A DNA stretch of 64,000 nt from an uncultured virus (IMG/VR IMGVR_UViG_3300021511_000004) (taxonomy: Duplodnaviria > Heunggongvirae > Uroviricota > Caudoviricetes), in IMG/VR virus record IMGVR_UViG_3300021511_000004. The stretch is one strand, 5' to 3'. Within the stretch, counting starts at the first letter, position 1, and the number at the start of each line of letters is the position of its first letter. The position numbers were made by a program, and so were the translations under genes. Shown piece by piece: positions 51,861 through 61,905 of this stretch. A model generated the notes under the pieces. That model was not told where the DNA came from, did no database searches, and was given only the letters and a program-made list of their open reading frames with translations.

Positions 51861-54800
51861 TTGATTTCAATAAAAAATTCGTTTGCAAATTGCTCAGTTT
51901 GTGATCTTTTAGATGCACCATCATGTATTCTTGAGACAAATTGTAAAAGTGATATTACTAAGGTTGATGTTGTTTTTATTGCGGAAAATCCTGGAAAAGA
52001 TGAAGTTAAAAAAGGAAGTCCTTTAATAGGAAAAGCAGGAAAAAAGTTCCGAAAATATTTTGAGAGATTCGGAATAAATAAAATGAATTATTTATTAACT
52101 AATGTTGTTTTATGTCAAACAAAGAATCTAGATGGAACAACTGGTAATCCCACTAAAGAAGTCATAGAATTATGTAAAGATAATTGTATGCAAATTATTA
52201 AGGCATGTAATCCTAAATTAGTTGTATTAATGGGAACCAGTCCAATGTCAGCATTCGGAATTGCGAAAGCAGGAATTACAAATATTCATGAAAGATACGA
52301 GCTATTTGATTGGGAAGGATATAAAACTATGATTATTGTACACCCTTCGTTTGTCAATAGAAATCAATCATGGGAACCTAAATTCTCTGAAGCAATGTCT
52401 AGAATCTCTGAGATGTTAGGAGGGAAAAAAATGGAGATAGCAGTTGAATCGAAAGCTAAATCGTTAGGTAAAGGGATTCATAGATATAGAATTCCAGATA
52501 AGTTTTATACTGAGAATTATAGATTAATTAATGTTCAATTTTTAAATAAGACAAGTCAAGTCTTATATATTTTCAGAGATAAAGATAATAATAAAGTATT
52601 TCATAAAGAAAATGATGATTACATTTGTTATCAAGCTCCTAAGGGAGTTGAAACAAGAAAACTTGTACCATATGAAAAATTAAATCAAATATCAATTAAA
52701 TTTAAAGATAGATATAATCTAGATTCAAATATAACATATGAAGGTGATGTAAGAATTGCAACTAAACATGCTATGGATTACTATCATTATAATAAGGGAG
52801 AGTGTAAGAAAACTAAATCTAATATCATGTTCTTTGATATTGAAATTGACACTGGAGACGAACGAGTGTTCCCCAAACCAGAAGATGCAGCATTCCCAAT
52901 TAATATGTTGACAACAATTCATAATGGTGAAAAAATATGTTATGTAATTGATAATAAGACTGAACCGATAATAAAGAGACAAGATGTTGAATATAAAATC
53001 TTTGCTAATGAAAAGAAATTTCTACAAACGTTCATTAAAGATTTTAAAGATACAGCCCCAGACTTTCTTGCTGGGTGGAATTGTATTAGCTTTGACCTTT
53101 CATATATTTATAATAGATTACCTCAGATTGGAATGCAACAGACAAGCATGACATCTTTTGGTGAATTTTATATTGATGCTTCTAAGTTTGTATGCCATAT
53201 ACCTGGAACTGTAGCAGTAGATCAGGATTTCTTATATCGGACATTTACATTTACAAAAATGGAAAATTATAAGTTGGGGTTTATTGCTGATCATGAACTT
53301 GATGGTTATACAAAACTTGATTTGCCTTTACCATTCAATGAAATGTACTGGAAGATGTTGAATAAAACAATTGAATACAACATCAGAGATACAGAATTGC
53401 TTGAGAAATTAGATGAAAAATTAGCTCATATCAATCTTTTGAATGAGTTGAGAATTATTTGTAAAGCCAACTTTGAATCTACTTCATCATTTGGTCAGAT
53501 TGACTCTTTAATGGTTTCGTATGCTAAGAACAAAGGAATAGCATCAAAGAATAGTGATCCTCATATTGTTAAAGAAGAATATCCAGGAGCATTTGTATTT
53601 GAACCAATACCGGGAGTATATGATTGGATTACAGACTTTGACTTTGCATCTCTATATCCAAGTTTAATGATAACATATAATATTGGAGTTAATAGTTTTG
53701 TAATGAAAACTGAAGACCCAAGTATGGGATATGATCTTGTTTATGATAAAGAAAATTTACCAGATGTAATTAATGTTATAATCGACCCTTTATATGAAGC
53801 AAAAGTTGTACAAATGAATACAAAAGAATTGTATAAAATCATACAAAAGAAAGAACTAATTCATACAATCAACGGGTGTTTCTTTCACCCTCATAAGAAA
53901 GAATTTTCTATGTTTGGTGAGGTTGTTAATATGTTAATGACTTCAAGAAAGGGCTATAAAGGAAAGATGTTTGATGCAATTGAAGAAAAAGATAAAGACG
54001 AAGAAACATTTTATTACATAAGACAGTTAGTATATAAGGTGTTGGCAAATACACTATATGGAGTTGTTGCAAATAAAGCATTTAGATTTTTTGATACATC
54101 TTTAGCATCAGCTGTTACTCTTACTGGTCAAGAAGCATTAAAGACTTCAATTGTTCAGGGTGATGCTTATATGAGACATCTTGATACAGGAAGACCATTT
54201 GTTGAACCAACAAAAATTACAAAAGAAGAAATGTTTGCAAATAAAATGCCTAAAAGAAGTAATGAGTATATCATAACTGGAGATACTGATTCAATTTTTT
54301 GTTGTTTTGAAAATTTCAGTGATGATCTATCAGTTGGAAATCTTCATGATTGGTGTGAGCAAATTGAAAACTTTTTAAATGAAGAGAAGATGATTGATGT
54401 AGTTAAAAGTCATAACGTTGATTTGGAGTTTAACAGACTGAAGTTGAAAAATGAATTGGTTATATCACGGGGTTTATTCTTAGCCAAGAAACGTTATGCT
54501 ATTCGAGTTATTAATAATGAAGGCAAAGATGTTGATAAAATTAACTATATGGGTGTTGAAATTAAGAGATCAGATTACCCAAGGAAATCAAAAGAATTTT
54601 TAGTTGAGCTCTTGGACTTATTATTAAAATCAAAGAGAGTTTCATTAAATAAATTGATGGAGTTTGTTAATAGAGAAGAACAAAACTTCATTAAAGCAAT
54701 TTTAGATGGTGATAAGAGTATTGCTCGACCTGTATCATATGGAAAGAAATTAAAAGATTATAAACTTGTTCCACAGGGAGTGAAAGCAATGGAGAATTGG

Positions 54801-55091
54801 AACACGTTAATGTATGATATTCATAAAACTGGCAATAAAGCATATATGTACTGGGTTCAAGGTATTGATCTTGAAAAAGCTCCAAAAGACGTACAAGAAA
54901 AATATCATAAGTTTGTGAAGGATGGAAATAAGTTAGAAGTAATTGCCATTCCAGATGAAGAACCACGGTTACCTAATTTCTTTATTCCAAATAAACAAGC
55001 AGCATTAAAATTTACGTTTAATAATAGGTATGAATTGATGTTAAAACCTTTAGATGTTAAGGTGAAAAGTAAGGAAGTTCTAACTTTCTAA
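51861..55091 (+). CDS. Family B DNA polymerase with N-terminal family-4 uracil-DNA glycosylase domain
   Basis: AENPGKDE..PLIGKAG, HPSF; exonuclease FDIEID, GWNCISFD, YNIRD; polymerase DFASLYPS, KVLANTLYG, GDTDS, KKRY. Confidence 0.93.
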   Translation: MISIKNSFANCSVCDLLDAPSCILETNCKSDITKVDVVFIAENPGKDEVKKGSPLIGKAGKKFRKYFERFGINKMNYLLTNVVLCQTKNLDGTTGNPTKEVIELCKDNCMQIIKACNPKLVVLMGTSPMSAFGIAKAGITNIHERYELFDWEGYKTMIIVHPSFVNRNQSWEPKFSEAMSRISEMLGGKKMEIAVESKAKSLGKGIHRYRIPDKFYTENYRLINVQFLNKTSQVLYIFRDKDNNKVFHKENDDYICYQAPKGVETRKLVPYEKLNQISIKFKDRYNLDSNITYEGDVRIATKHAMDYYHYNKGECKKTKSNIMFFDIEIDTGDERVFPKPEDAAFPINMLTTIHNGEKICYVIDNKTEPIIKRQDVEYKIFANEKKFLQTFIKDFKDTAPDFLAGWNCISFDLSYIYNRLPQIGMQQTSMTSFGEFYIDASKFVCHIPGTVAVDQDFLYRTFTFTKMENYKLGFIADHELDGYTKLDLPLPFNEMYWKMLNKTIEYNIRDTELLEKLDEKLAHINLLNELRIICKANFESTSSFGQIDSLMVSYAKNKGIASKNSDPHIVKEEYPGAFVFEPIPGVYDWITDFDFASLYPSLMITYNIGVNSFVMKTEDPSMGYDLVYDKENLPDVINVIIDPLYEAKVVQMNTKELYKIIQKKELIHTINGCFFHPHKKEFSMFGEVVNMLMTSRKGYKGKMFDAIEEKDKDEETFYYIRQLVYKVLANTLYGVVANKAFRFFDTSLASAVTLTGQEALKTSIVQGDAYMRHLDTGRPFVEPTKITKEEMFANKMPKRSNEYIITGDTDSIFCCFENFSDDLSVGNLHDWCEQIENFLNEEKMIDVVKSHNVDLEFNRLKLKNELVISRGLFLAKKRYAIRVINNEGKDVDKINYMGVEIKRSDYPRKSKEFLVELLDLLLKSKRVSLNKLMEFVNREEQNFIKAILDGDKSIARPVSYGKKLKDYKLVPQGVKAMENWNTLMYDIHKTGNKAYMYWVQGIDLEKAPKDVQEKYHKFVKDGNKLEVIAIPDEEPRLPNFFIPNKQAALKFTFNNRYELMLKPLDVKVKSKEVLTF

Positions 55092-55120
55092 TTAGAACAT
55101 AATAATGAAAGGGGAATATA

Positions 55121-55786
55121 ATGGAAGAAGTTAAACTTATTGAGAATTTTGTGAGTTGGCAAGGGGAAGGTCCCGATAGTGGGCAAGCAATGATTATATT
55201 GAGATTTAAAACATGTAATTTGAAATGTCCTTGGTGTGATACCTCTGTTAAAATGAGAATATCAGCTGAGGCTCCATATAAGTTAGAGGATATTCAACAA
55301 AGTATTTATAAAAATAAAGCAGGTATTCTTATAACAGGTGGAGAACCAACAGTGCCAAGGCATATTGATGAAGCAGCAGCATTATTGAATGAACTTCGTT
55401 ATCCAGTTGCTAATGTCGAATCAAATGGATTTCAACTTGAACAACTGATACAGAAAACAAAACATGAAGATAATATCCGCTTTATGTACTCACCTAAATT
55501 TTTTAATCACAAAGATCTTGGTTCTGCAATATCAAAAACAAGAGACCTCATAAATTATTCTAATCTATACATTAAAATTGTTTACGAAGACAAACCAATA
55601 GTGCATGAGTATCTTGACTGGTTATCATCACAAATTAAATTAGATAGAGCAAATAAGGTCTGGATTATGCCGGAAGGTGTTACAAGAGTTGACTTAATTA
55701 AAAATTCCGAAAAAGTGTTTAATGCATGTGAGAAGTACAAATTTAATTTTTCATCAAGAGATCATATTATATTCGGTTTTGTATAA
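55121..55786 (+). CDS. queE: 7-carboxy-7-deazaguanine synthase QueE-like radical SAM protein
   Basis: SWQGEG, CNLKCPWCDT, ITGGEP, ESNG, SPK. Confidence 0.88.
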   Translation: MEEVKLIENFVSWQGEGPDSGQAMIILRFKTCNLKCPWCDTSVKMRISAEAPYKLEDIQQSIYKNKAGILITGGEPTVPRHIDEAAALLNELRYPVANVESNGFQLEQLIQKTKHEDNIRFMYSPKFFNHKDLGSAISKTRDLINYSNLYIKIVYEDKPIVHEYLDWLSSQIKLDRANKVWIMPEGVTRVDLIKNSEKVFNACEKYKFNFSSRDHIIFGFV

Positions 55787-55795
55787 GAAAGGGAG

Positions 55796-56185
55796 GTGAT
55801 CGAGATTCAGGCATCTAGTTATCATAAACATTATTATCCAGATGAGCATTCTGGAATATGTGTTGTTCGTCGCAAAGGTGAAAAAGATGAAGACTTCATT
55901 AAGAGATTTCGTAAGAAATTTTCAAAAAGTGGTCTTGCTAAAGAAGTACGAGATCGAATGTTCTTTGAAAAACCTAGTGATAAAAAGCGACGTAAGAAAG
56001 CTCAATCCATCAGGATGATAAAAAGAGATAAAGAAAAGCTCATTGAAATGCATGAGCGTTACAAACGTATGAAGTTAAAAAGAAAAAGACAACAAGCTAA
56101 AGAAAGAAAAGCTAAAGGAGATAGATATGATCAACGCACTAGCAGACAAGATAGTAGTAGAGTTTCTGAGAACGACAAAGAGTGA
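55796..56185 (+). CDS. rpsU: Ribosomal protein bS21 with extensions
   Basis: GEKDEDFIKRFRKK..GLAKEVRDRMFFEKPSDKKRRKK. Confidence 0.85.
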   Translation: MIEIQASSYHKHYYPDEHSGICVVRRKGEKDEDFIKRFRKKFSKSGLAKEVRDRMFFEKPSDKKRRKKAQSIRMIKRDKEKLIEMHERYKRMKLKRKRQQAKERKAKGDRYDQRTSRQDSSRVSENDKE

Positions 56186-56477
56186 GGGAGGATTAATAAT
56201 TCCTGATATAGCTCAAGATCCTCAAGGTTATGGCAAAGTACTTTCAGTTGGGGAAGATGTAAAGATTATCAAAGAAGGTGACGTTCTTGTTTTTCATATG
56301 AGAGCGGGAATGGATTTAATTCTTAATGATAAAGTCCAAAAATGTTTGAAAGCTGAGGAAGTATATGGTATTCTGGAAGATGAAGAACTTATAAGCAGAC
56401 TTGCACCTCTTGAGTTTAAAGCAAAAGAAGAACAGTCAAAAATAGTTAAACCAGGAGGGGGTGTTATAATTGCTTAA
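56127..56477 (+). CDS. groES: Co-chaperonin GroES
   Basis: LADKIVVE, KSEGGLIIPD, GKVLSVG, IKEGDVL. Confidence 0.85.
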   Translation: MINALADKIVVEFLRTTKSEGGLIIPDIAQDPQGYGKVLSVGEDVKIIKEGDVLVFHMRAGMDLILNDKVQKCLKAEEVYGILEDEELISRLAPLEFKAKEEQSKIVKPGGGVIIA

Positions 56478-57270
56478 TCTGCAACATATAGAGGCCACCA
56501 GCTTGAATGATACATGGTTTCAAACATTATTTAAAATGCTTGAAGAAGGTACAGTATTCAAAATTGATCGTGGCTCAAATGCTGGCCAGAAACGCTTAGA
56601 GTTTGATTGGATTACTTTACATATAAACAATCCAGGCGTTCGTCCATTACTACCGCAAATTGAGGATCATTATGGTATTCCTAATCCAGTAAAGGATGAC
56701 TATCTAGATGATTATCTACCATATTTAATGACTGCAGAATTAAAACCAACAGAGTCATATACATATGGTCAAAGGTTGACAGGATATCCAGTTAAATATC
56801 CTTTACAATTATGTAAGGAAGGTCATTGGCCAGAAATTCTTATTCATGAAGTAGAAGAGTTAATTAAACTTGGAATTATATACTCAACAGGATTTTGGCA
56901 TGTAAATCAGATTGAACTTCTTATTTGGACTTATAAAAATAAGGGATTCAGAAATAATCAAATGGTTTTACAGGTAGCTCATCCATCTGATATGTTGCTT
57001 CAAGACCCACCTTGTTTACGCCATATTGATACTCGAATTCAAGATGGGAAGTTACATTTCATGCCGTATTTTCGGAGTTGGGACTTATGGGGCGGATTGC
57101 CTGCAAATCTAGGAGGAATCCAACTCTTAAAAGAATATGTTGCTGCAGAAATTGGAGTTGAAGATGGAGAAATGGTTGCTACAAGTAAGGGACTTCATAT
57201 TTATGATTACTCGTTTGACCTTGCAAAATGTCTAAGAATGCGAGATGATATTCAGTTGAAAGGAGAATAA
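56470..57270 (+). CDS. thyA: Thymidylate synthase family protein
   Basis: YTYGQRL, DPPCL, YFRSWDLWGGLPAN, GLHIYD. Confidence 0.85.
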   Translation: MLNLQHIEATSLNDTWFQTLFKMLEEGTVFKIDRGSNAGQKRLEFDWITLHINNPGVRPLLPQIEDHYGIPNPVKDDYLDDYLPYLMTAELKPTESYTYGQRLTGYPVKYPLQLCKEGHWPEILIHEVEELIKLGIIYSTGFWHVNQIELLIWTYKNKGFRNNQMVLQVAHPSDMLLQDPPCLRHIDTRIQDGKLHFMPYFRSWDLWGGLPANLGGIQLLKEYVAAEIGVEDGEMVATSKGLHIYDYSFDLAKCLRMRDDIQLKGE

Positions 57271-57272
57271 CA

Positions 57273-57800
57273 ATGTCTACTGTTGTTGCAATTGTTGATA
57301 AAGGAAAAGTTTGGATGGGTGCTGATAGTTATGCTACAATGGAGGGTGGACAGAGAAGACGTATAATGTGTAAAAAAATGTTTGTAAATCCTCCATATCT
57401 TATTGGTCATGTTGGTAGTGTTAGAGTAGGTCAAGTTGTCAAACCAGAGTACTTTAAAGCACCTGAAAATATTTTACAATTTCCTGATAACCTAATTAAA
57501 CATTTTAGAAAGAAAGGTTGTTTGGGTATAGACTCAGATGATCAAACTACTACAAATGGATCGAACTTTTTAATAGCTACCCCATATGGTAAATTATATG
57601 AACTTCTTGTAGATTTTCAATTAAATGAAGTTGAAGATTTTACATCTATTGGATCAGGATCTACATTTGCGCTTGGTTCTTTATATACAACAAGAAAAAA
57701 GAAAAATCATAGAAAACGAATAATAACTGCTTTAAAAATAGCAGCTGTTTATGATATGCAAACTGGTCCTCCGTTTATAGTTGAGGAATATTTGGAATGA
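57273..57800 (+). CDS. HslV/proteasome-like Ntn hydrolase
   Basis: MSTVVAI..MGADS, SIGSGSTFALG, TGPPF. Confidence 0.75.
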   Translation: MSTVVAIVDKGKVWMGADSYATMEGGQRRRIMCKKMFVNPPYLIGHVGSVRVGQVVKPEYFKAPENILQFPDNLIKHFRKKGCLGIDSDDQTTTNGSNFLIATPYGKLYELLVDFQLNEVEDFTSIGSGSTFALGSLYTTRKKKNHRKRIITALKIAAVYDMQTGPPFIVEEYLE

Positions 57801-58231
57801 TGGATATTATTGTATCAGAAGATACTATTGTATTAAGAGAAGATGAAATAATTTGTCCTGTGTGTAAAGGTGTGGGGCATACTAAAAAAAGTATATATGT
57901 CTGTGAAAAATGTGATGGTACTGGAAAAGTTGATTGGATTGCCAATGCAATGGTGAAAAAGAAGAAAGGAAGGTCATTTTTAGATGAGATAAATATAAGA
58001 AGGTTAGTTCTACATCTTAAATCTCTAGTCACCGGTCTTCAATTTGAACCAAATGATAAAATTACTTTTGATACTCTAAAAGGAATGATGGAATCTTATC
58101 TAGACACAATGAAGAGCAGAAAAGCAATTTATGACTATAATATCATACAATCTCCTACAAATCATTTAAACATTCATGTAAAACCAAATAGATCAATTGA
58201 AGTAGTTAATATGGAGTTTACTATAGTATAA
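57797..58231 (+). CDS. Zn-finger fused to a tail-sheath C-terminal-like domain
   Basis: CEKCDGTGKVDWI then INIRRL..QFEPND..YL..AIYDY..VKPNRSIEVV. Confidence 0.7.
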   Translation: MMDIIVSEDTIVLREDEIICPVCKGVGHTKKSIYVCEKCDGTGKVDWIANAMVKKKKGRSFLDEINIRRLVLHLKSLVTGLQFEPNDKITFDTLKGMMESYLDTMKSRKAIYDYNIIQSPTNHLNIHVKPNRSIEVVNMEFTIV

Positions 58232-58257
58232 AACTAACTGATAAATGTAGATTATAT

Positions 58258-59709
58258 GTGAAATATTTGGAACAAAGAATAAATAGATTAGGAGAATACA
58301 GAATGGTTAGAAGTGGATATGTACTTGCAGGTTTTGAAACATTAGCGACTATTATGGATTTGTTTATGACTGGGCAACGTGGAAGATTTAATGATAACTT
58401 CACAAGAGCAGAAATCTCAAATTTTCTATCTAGTACATGCTCTGGTTTTTTACATTCATACGGACAGAATTTTGCAAATAAAAAGAAGTATGATAAATAC
58501 AATCAAACTGAAGCAAATATGTTTAAAAAATGTAGAGACATGCAGATTTTTGATAATTGTAATTTTATCGTGGATAGCGGTGGATTTCAAATTTCAACCG
58601 GTAGATTAACAAGAAAAGAATCTGACCTTCTTCATATAATGTATTATGATTTTATTGAAGAACATCATGAAGTATTTGATAAAGCTTTTATTTTGGATAT
58701 TCCTCCGGGACCTGGTTGTGAAATTTTCAAAAATTTCTATGATGTATATAAATTAAATCTTGAATCTTATACTAGAGCAAAAGAACTTCCAGATGAAATA
58801 AGAAAGAAACTTATTTATGTTCATCATTTCAGAACTCCTAGATTGTGGGAAATATATACAAGAATTCTACGAGATTATGATATGTTTTCTGCATTTGAAT
58901 ATCATAGTACTGGTGGTATTGTGGCGAATATGTCAAGCGATATGTCAATACCATGCATTATTTATGTCCTACCATTAATCCCTCTTATTAATGAAGCAAT
59001 GAGAGACAAAAGGAATTATCTAAATTTTCATATTCTCGGAGGTGCCAACTTTAGAGACGTTTTATTTTATGAACTATTTAAAATCACAGTCAAAAAGAAA
59101 CATAATTTTGATCTAAATATAACTTATGATTCATCCGGTCCATATAAGCAAGTAATGCACGCAAGATTTTTACATGCAAAAGATGAACATAATTATATTA
59201 GAAAAATGAGTATTAAAGAAAGCGATTTAGATAAAAGATTTATGGTTGATAAAACAACTATAGATAATTATCAAGACCTTATGAATAAAATGGCAGATAA
59301 ATGGCAGTTTAAACGAATTGACATTGATGGAGTGTATGGAATGTATGAAAATAAATCTGGAATCATGACAAGTACATTTCATGCAGACGTAAAAGCATAT
59401 GCAATTTTATATGCATTGAATATTTATTCTGAAATTCATGATGAAATGAGAGAATTTGCTGAAAAGGTGTATCCAATATATGAAGCTGGTTTACTGGAAC
59501 AATTTTATCATGAATGTTTTGAAATTACAAGAACTATTAATCAAGGAAAACTAACAAAAAAACAAAAGATTAAAGCTCATAGTATTCCAAAATCTCTTGA
59601 TATGTTGGGTGATTTAGATGAAGATTACTGTGAATTTTTGATAAATAAATATTTAGCAAAAGATGAATTTGTTGAGTTAAATGAACGCAAAAAGGTGCTT
59701 ACATTTTAA
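58258..59709 (+). CDS. TGT/DpdA-like guanine transglycosylase
   Basis: IVDSGGFQ, ILDIP, FHILG, TYDSS; QueC and QueE in the same window. Confidence 0.65.
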   Translation: MKYLEQRINRLGEYRMVRSGYVLAGFETLATIMDLFMTGQRGRFNDNFTRAEISNFLSSTCSGFLHSYGQNFANKKKYDKYNQTEANMFKKCRDMQIFDNCNFIVDSGGFQISTGRLTRKESDLLHIMYYDFIEEHHEVFDKAFILDIPPGPGCEIFKNFYDVYKLNLESYTRAKELPDEIRKKLIYVHHFRTPRLWEIYTRILRDYDMFSAFEYHSTGGIVANMSSDMSIPCIIYVLPLIPLINEAMRDKRNYLNFHILGGANFRDVLFYELFKITVKKKHNFDLNITYDSSGPYKQVMHARFLHAKDEHNYIRKMSIKESDLDKRFMVDKTTIDNYQDLMNKMADKWQFKRIDIDGVYGMYENKSGIMTSTFHADVKAYAILYALNIYSEIHDEMREFAEKVYPIYEAGLLEQFYHECFEITRTINQGKLTKKQKIKAHSIPKSLDMLGDLDEDYCEFLINKYLAKDEFVELNERKKVLTF

Positions 59710-59990
59710 TGGAATTAAGATATAATAAATATAAAAAAACCTTATTATCTTTGGATGAAGGTGAGGAATTTTGTAAAACATGTAATGGAGATGGTATAAT
59801 AAGTTCAAAAAGAAGTTACCCTGCTCTTAATATAAGAACTGGTAATCCTTTAGTATGTAAAGATTGTTTGGGTGATGGTAAAATTGATTGGATTGAAAAA
59901 GCAATTGGCAAAAGACCACAAATACCATTTATTAATATGACAATAGAAAGAACAAAACTTGTTCCAAGAATAAGGAAATTTAAAAGGTGA
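59709..59990 (+). CDS. DnaJ-type Zn-finger family protein
   Basis: CKTCNGDG...CKDCLGDGKIDWIE. Confidence 0.7.
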   Translation: MELRYNKYKKTLLSLDEGEEFCKTCNGDGIISSKRSYPALNIRTGNPLVCKDCLGDGKIDWIEKAIGKRPQIPFINMTIERTKLVPRIRKFKR

Positions 59991-60309
59991 AAGATGAACC
60001 ATATCTCAAAGAAGGAGAAGTGATTTGTGATAACTGCAATGGAGATGGAAAACTTTCAATAACTCTTGGCAGTATTACTGTCTGCACTAAATGTTGGGGG
60101 GGGCTGGAACTAGTGGTTTTGCTTTACCATTTGATGCTCCAGCAGGTTTTGATAGAAGTCATGATGATGCGATAGATGCAATGGCTAAGCAACTTGCCGA
60201 TGAAATAGACAAAGAAATCTTAGAATCTATATTAGAGTCAGTGGAACAAACTAATAAATTAATGAAAATAGCAAAAACAGTGATGTATGAAATGGAGGAT
60301 AAAACTTGA
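59987..60309 (+). CDS. Zn-finger family protein, frameshifted at a G8 run
   Basis: CDNCNGDG..CTKCWG then a frame change near 60095-60102. Confidence 0.55.
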
Positions 60310-61802
60310 TAACAGAATCATTTTTAAATTCGTGCTTTTCTTTACTATTAAATCAAAAATCAAAAATTAAGAAAACTAAAGCATTATACCGAGATATTCT
60401 TGAAATTTTGAATTTTAGCGATACAAAAGATTCATACGAAATTCCTTTACCTGTTAAGAGTAAGTTGGAATTTTTAAAGAAAATCACTGAAATGTTATTA
60501 ACTGATAAAACACCAGAAAGTGTTAGAGATAGTGTTTCATTAAGTGAAAAGTTTAAACAACACCAAGATTTTTTGGACTTAAAAATTAATGAAGATTTAA
60601 ACGAAGCTGTTTTCCAAGATTATGTGCGGCAGGTAAGAATAAGGAAAAAGATAGGTGCATTGTTTCAAAATTATGATGAACTTAATACAGTTTTAGAGTC
60701 AATAAAAGATGGGTCGTTTGACTCTATTGATGATTTAGTTGAAGATTATGAAGTAACAATCAAAACTCTTTATACAAATATGATGGAGAGTAATAGAGCA
60801 GTAACAATTGAAGCTGCTGCGTCTCTTGATTTAATGAAGGATGACTATACCTCAGTAATTGAAATGATTACAAAAAAGTATGAAAAAACAAATAAAACTC
60901 CAAGCGGATTTCGTTTACTTGATGGTATAGATTATTTAAATGGCGGGTATGAACCATCAAGGTTATATGTTTGGGGAGGGGGTTCTGGAGCAGGTAAATC
61001 AACATTAATAAACAATTCAATTTATAGGGCTGCTTTGTCAAATCAATTTCTTACGATTGAAGGTGGTAAACCTCCAGTACCTGGAGAGATTCATAAGGTT
61101 TATGTTTATGTAACAATGGAGAATACAATTGAAGAATCTCTAATGAGAACATATCAACCAATGTTTGATAAGACAATCCCAATGATGATTACTGATATTA
61201 AGAATAACGTACCAATTGGGAAAATAATTTCAGATGAACTAGCAAAAAATAGTGCAACAATTGTAATGAAATACTTTCCGGCAATGAGTATTAGTACTCT
61301 TGATTTAATGGGAGTTATTGATGAAGTAATTGATGAATATGGTATAGAGGCAATTGCTGGTTTATATGTTGATTATTTAGATCTTCTAAAAACTGATACT
61401 AAATATGATATATATAGATTAGAACTTGGGCATATTACTTTAGCTTTAAAAACACTAGCAGTTCAATATGGTATTCCTGTAATAACAGCTACGCAACTAT
61501 CAAGAAGAGTATACAATATTCAAGAGTCAAGAGAATTAAATCTTGATCAAATGTCTGAGTCAATAAAGAAAGTTGAACATGCAGATTTTGTGGGATTACT
61601 TGGCAAAGATCAAAATGATAATTCTATAGTTCATGGAAAAATTGGAAAAAATAGAGCGGGAAAAAGCAACATTGCTTTACAGTTTCAAGTTGATTTTTCA
61701 AAATTCAAATTTATTGATGCAACTGTAGCAGCAAATAAAAGTAAAATAGATTCCTCTGATGATGAACAACCTTTATTTGATGGATTAGGTATAAAGTTTT
61801 AG
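60306..61802 (+). CDS. DnaB-like replicative helicase
   Basis: GGSGAGKS, YVTMEN, YVDYLDLL, ITATQLSR, ESIKKVEHAD, KNRAG. Confidence 0.92.
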   Translation: MITESFLNSCFSLLLNQKSKIKKTKALYRDILEILNFSDTKDSYEIPLPVKSKLEFLKKITEMLLTDKTPESVRDSVSLSEKFKQHQDFLDLKINEDLNEAVFQDYVRQVRIRKKIGALFQNYDELNTVLESIKDGSFDSIDDLVEDYEVTIKTLYTNMMESNRAVTIEAAASLDLMKDDYTSVIEMITKKYEKTNKTPSGFRLLDGIDYLNGGYEPSRLYVWGGGSGAGKSTLINNSIYRAALSNQFLTIEGGKPPVPGEIHKVYVYVTMENTIEESLMRTYQPMFDKTIPMMITDIKNNVPIGKIISDELAKNSATIVMKYFPAMSISTLDLMGVIDEVIDEYGIEAIAGLYVDYLDLLKTDTKYDIYRLELGHITLALKTLAVQYGIPVITATQLSRRVYNIQESRELNLDQMSESIKKVEHADFVGLLGKDQNDNSIVHGKIGKNRAGKSNIALQFQVDFSKFKFIDATVAANKSKIDSSDDEQPLFDGLGIKF

Positions 61803-61905
61803 AAACAAACTCTGTACTAAGGTGATTTAAATTTAGAACAAATTTTAAAATGTCAAGATGTTATGGAATTAATTTATTACTATCCTAACAGGAGGAAATA
61901 TTAAG

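Noticed and set aside
56470..57270. dCMP hydroxymethylase instead of ThyA
   Set aside because: Retains the Asn of RSxD...PAN that specifies dUMP; a dUMP-modifying variant cannot be excluded by eye
59987..60309. Phase variation at the G8 tract
   Set aside because: The family's KxDW motif is missing at the junction and other indels (about 26735, 32805, 44930) suggest sequence errors or decay
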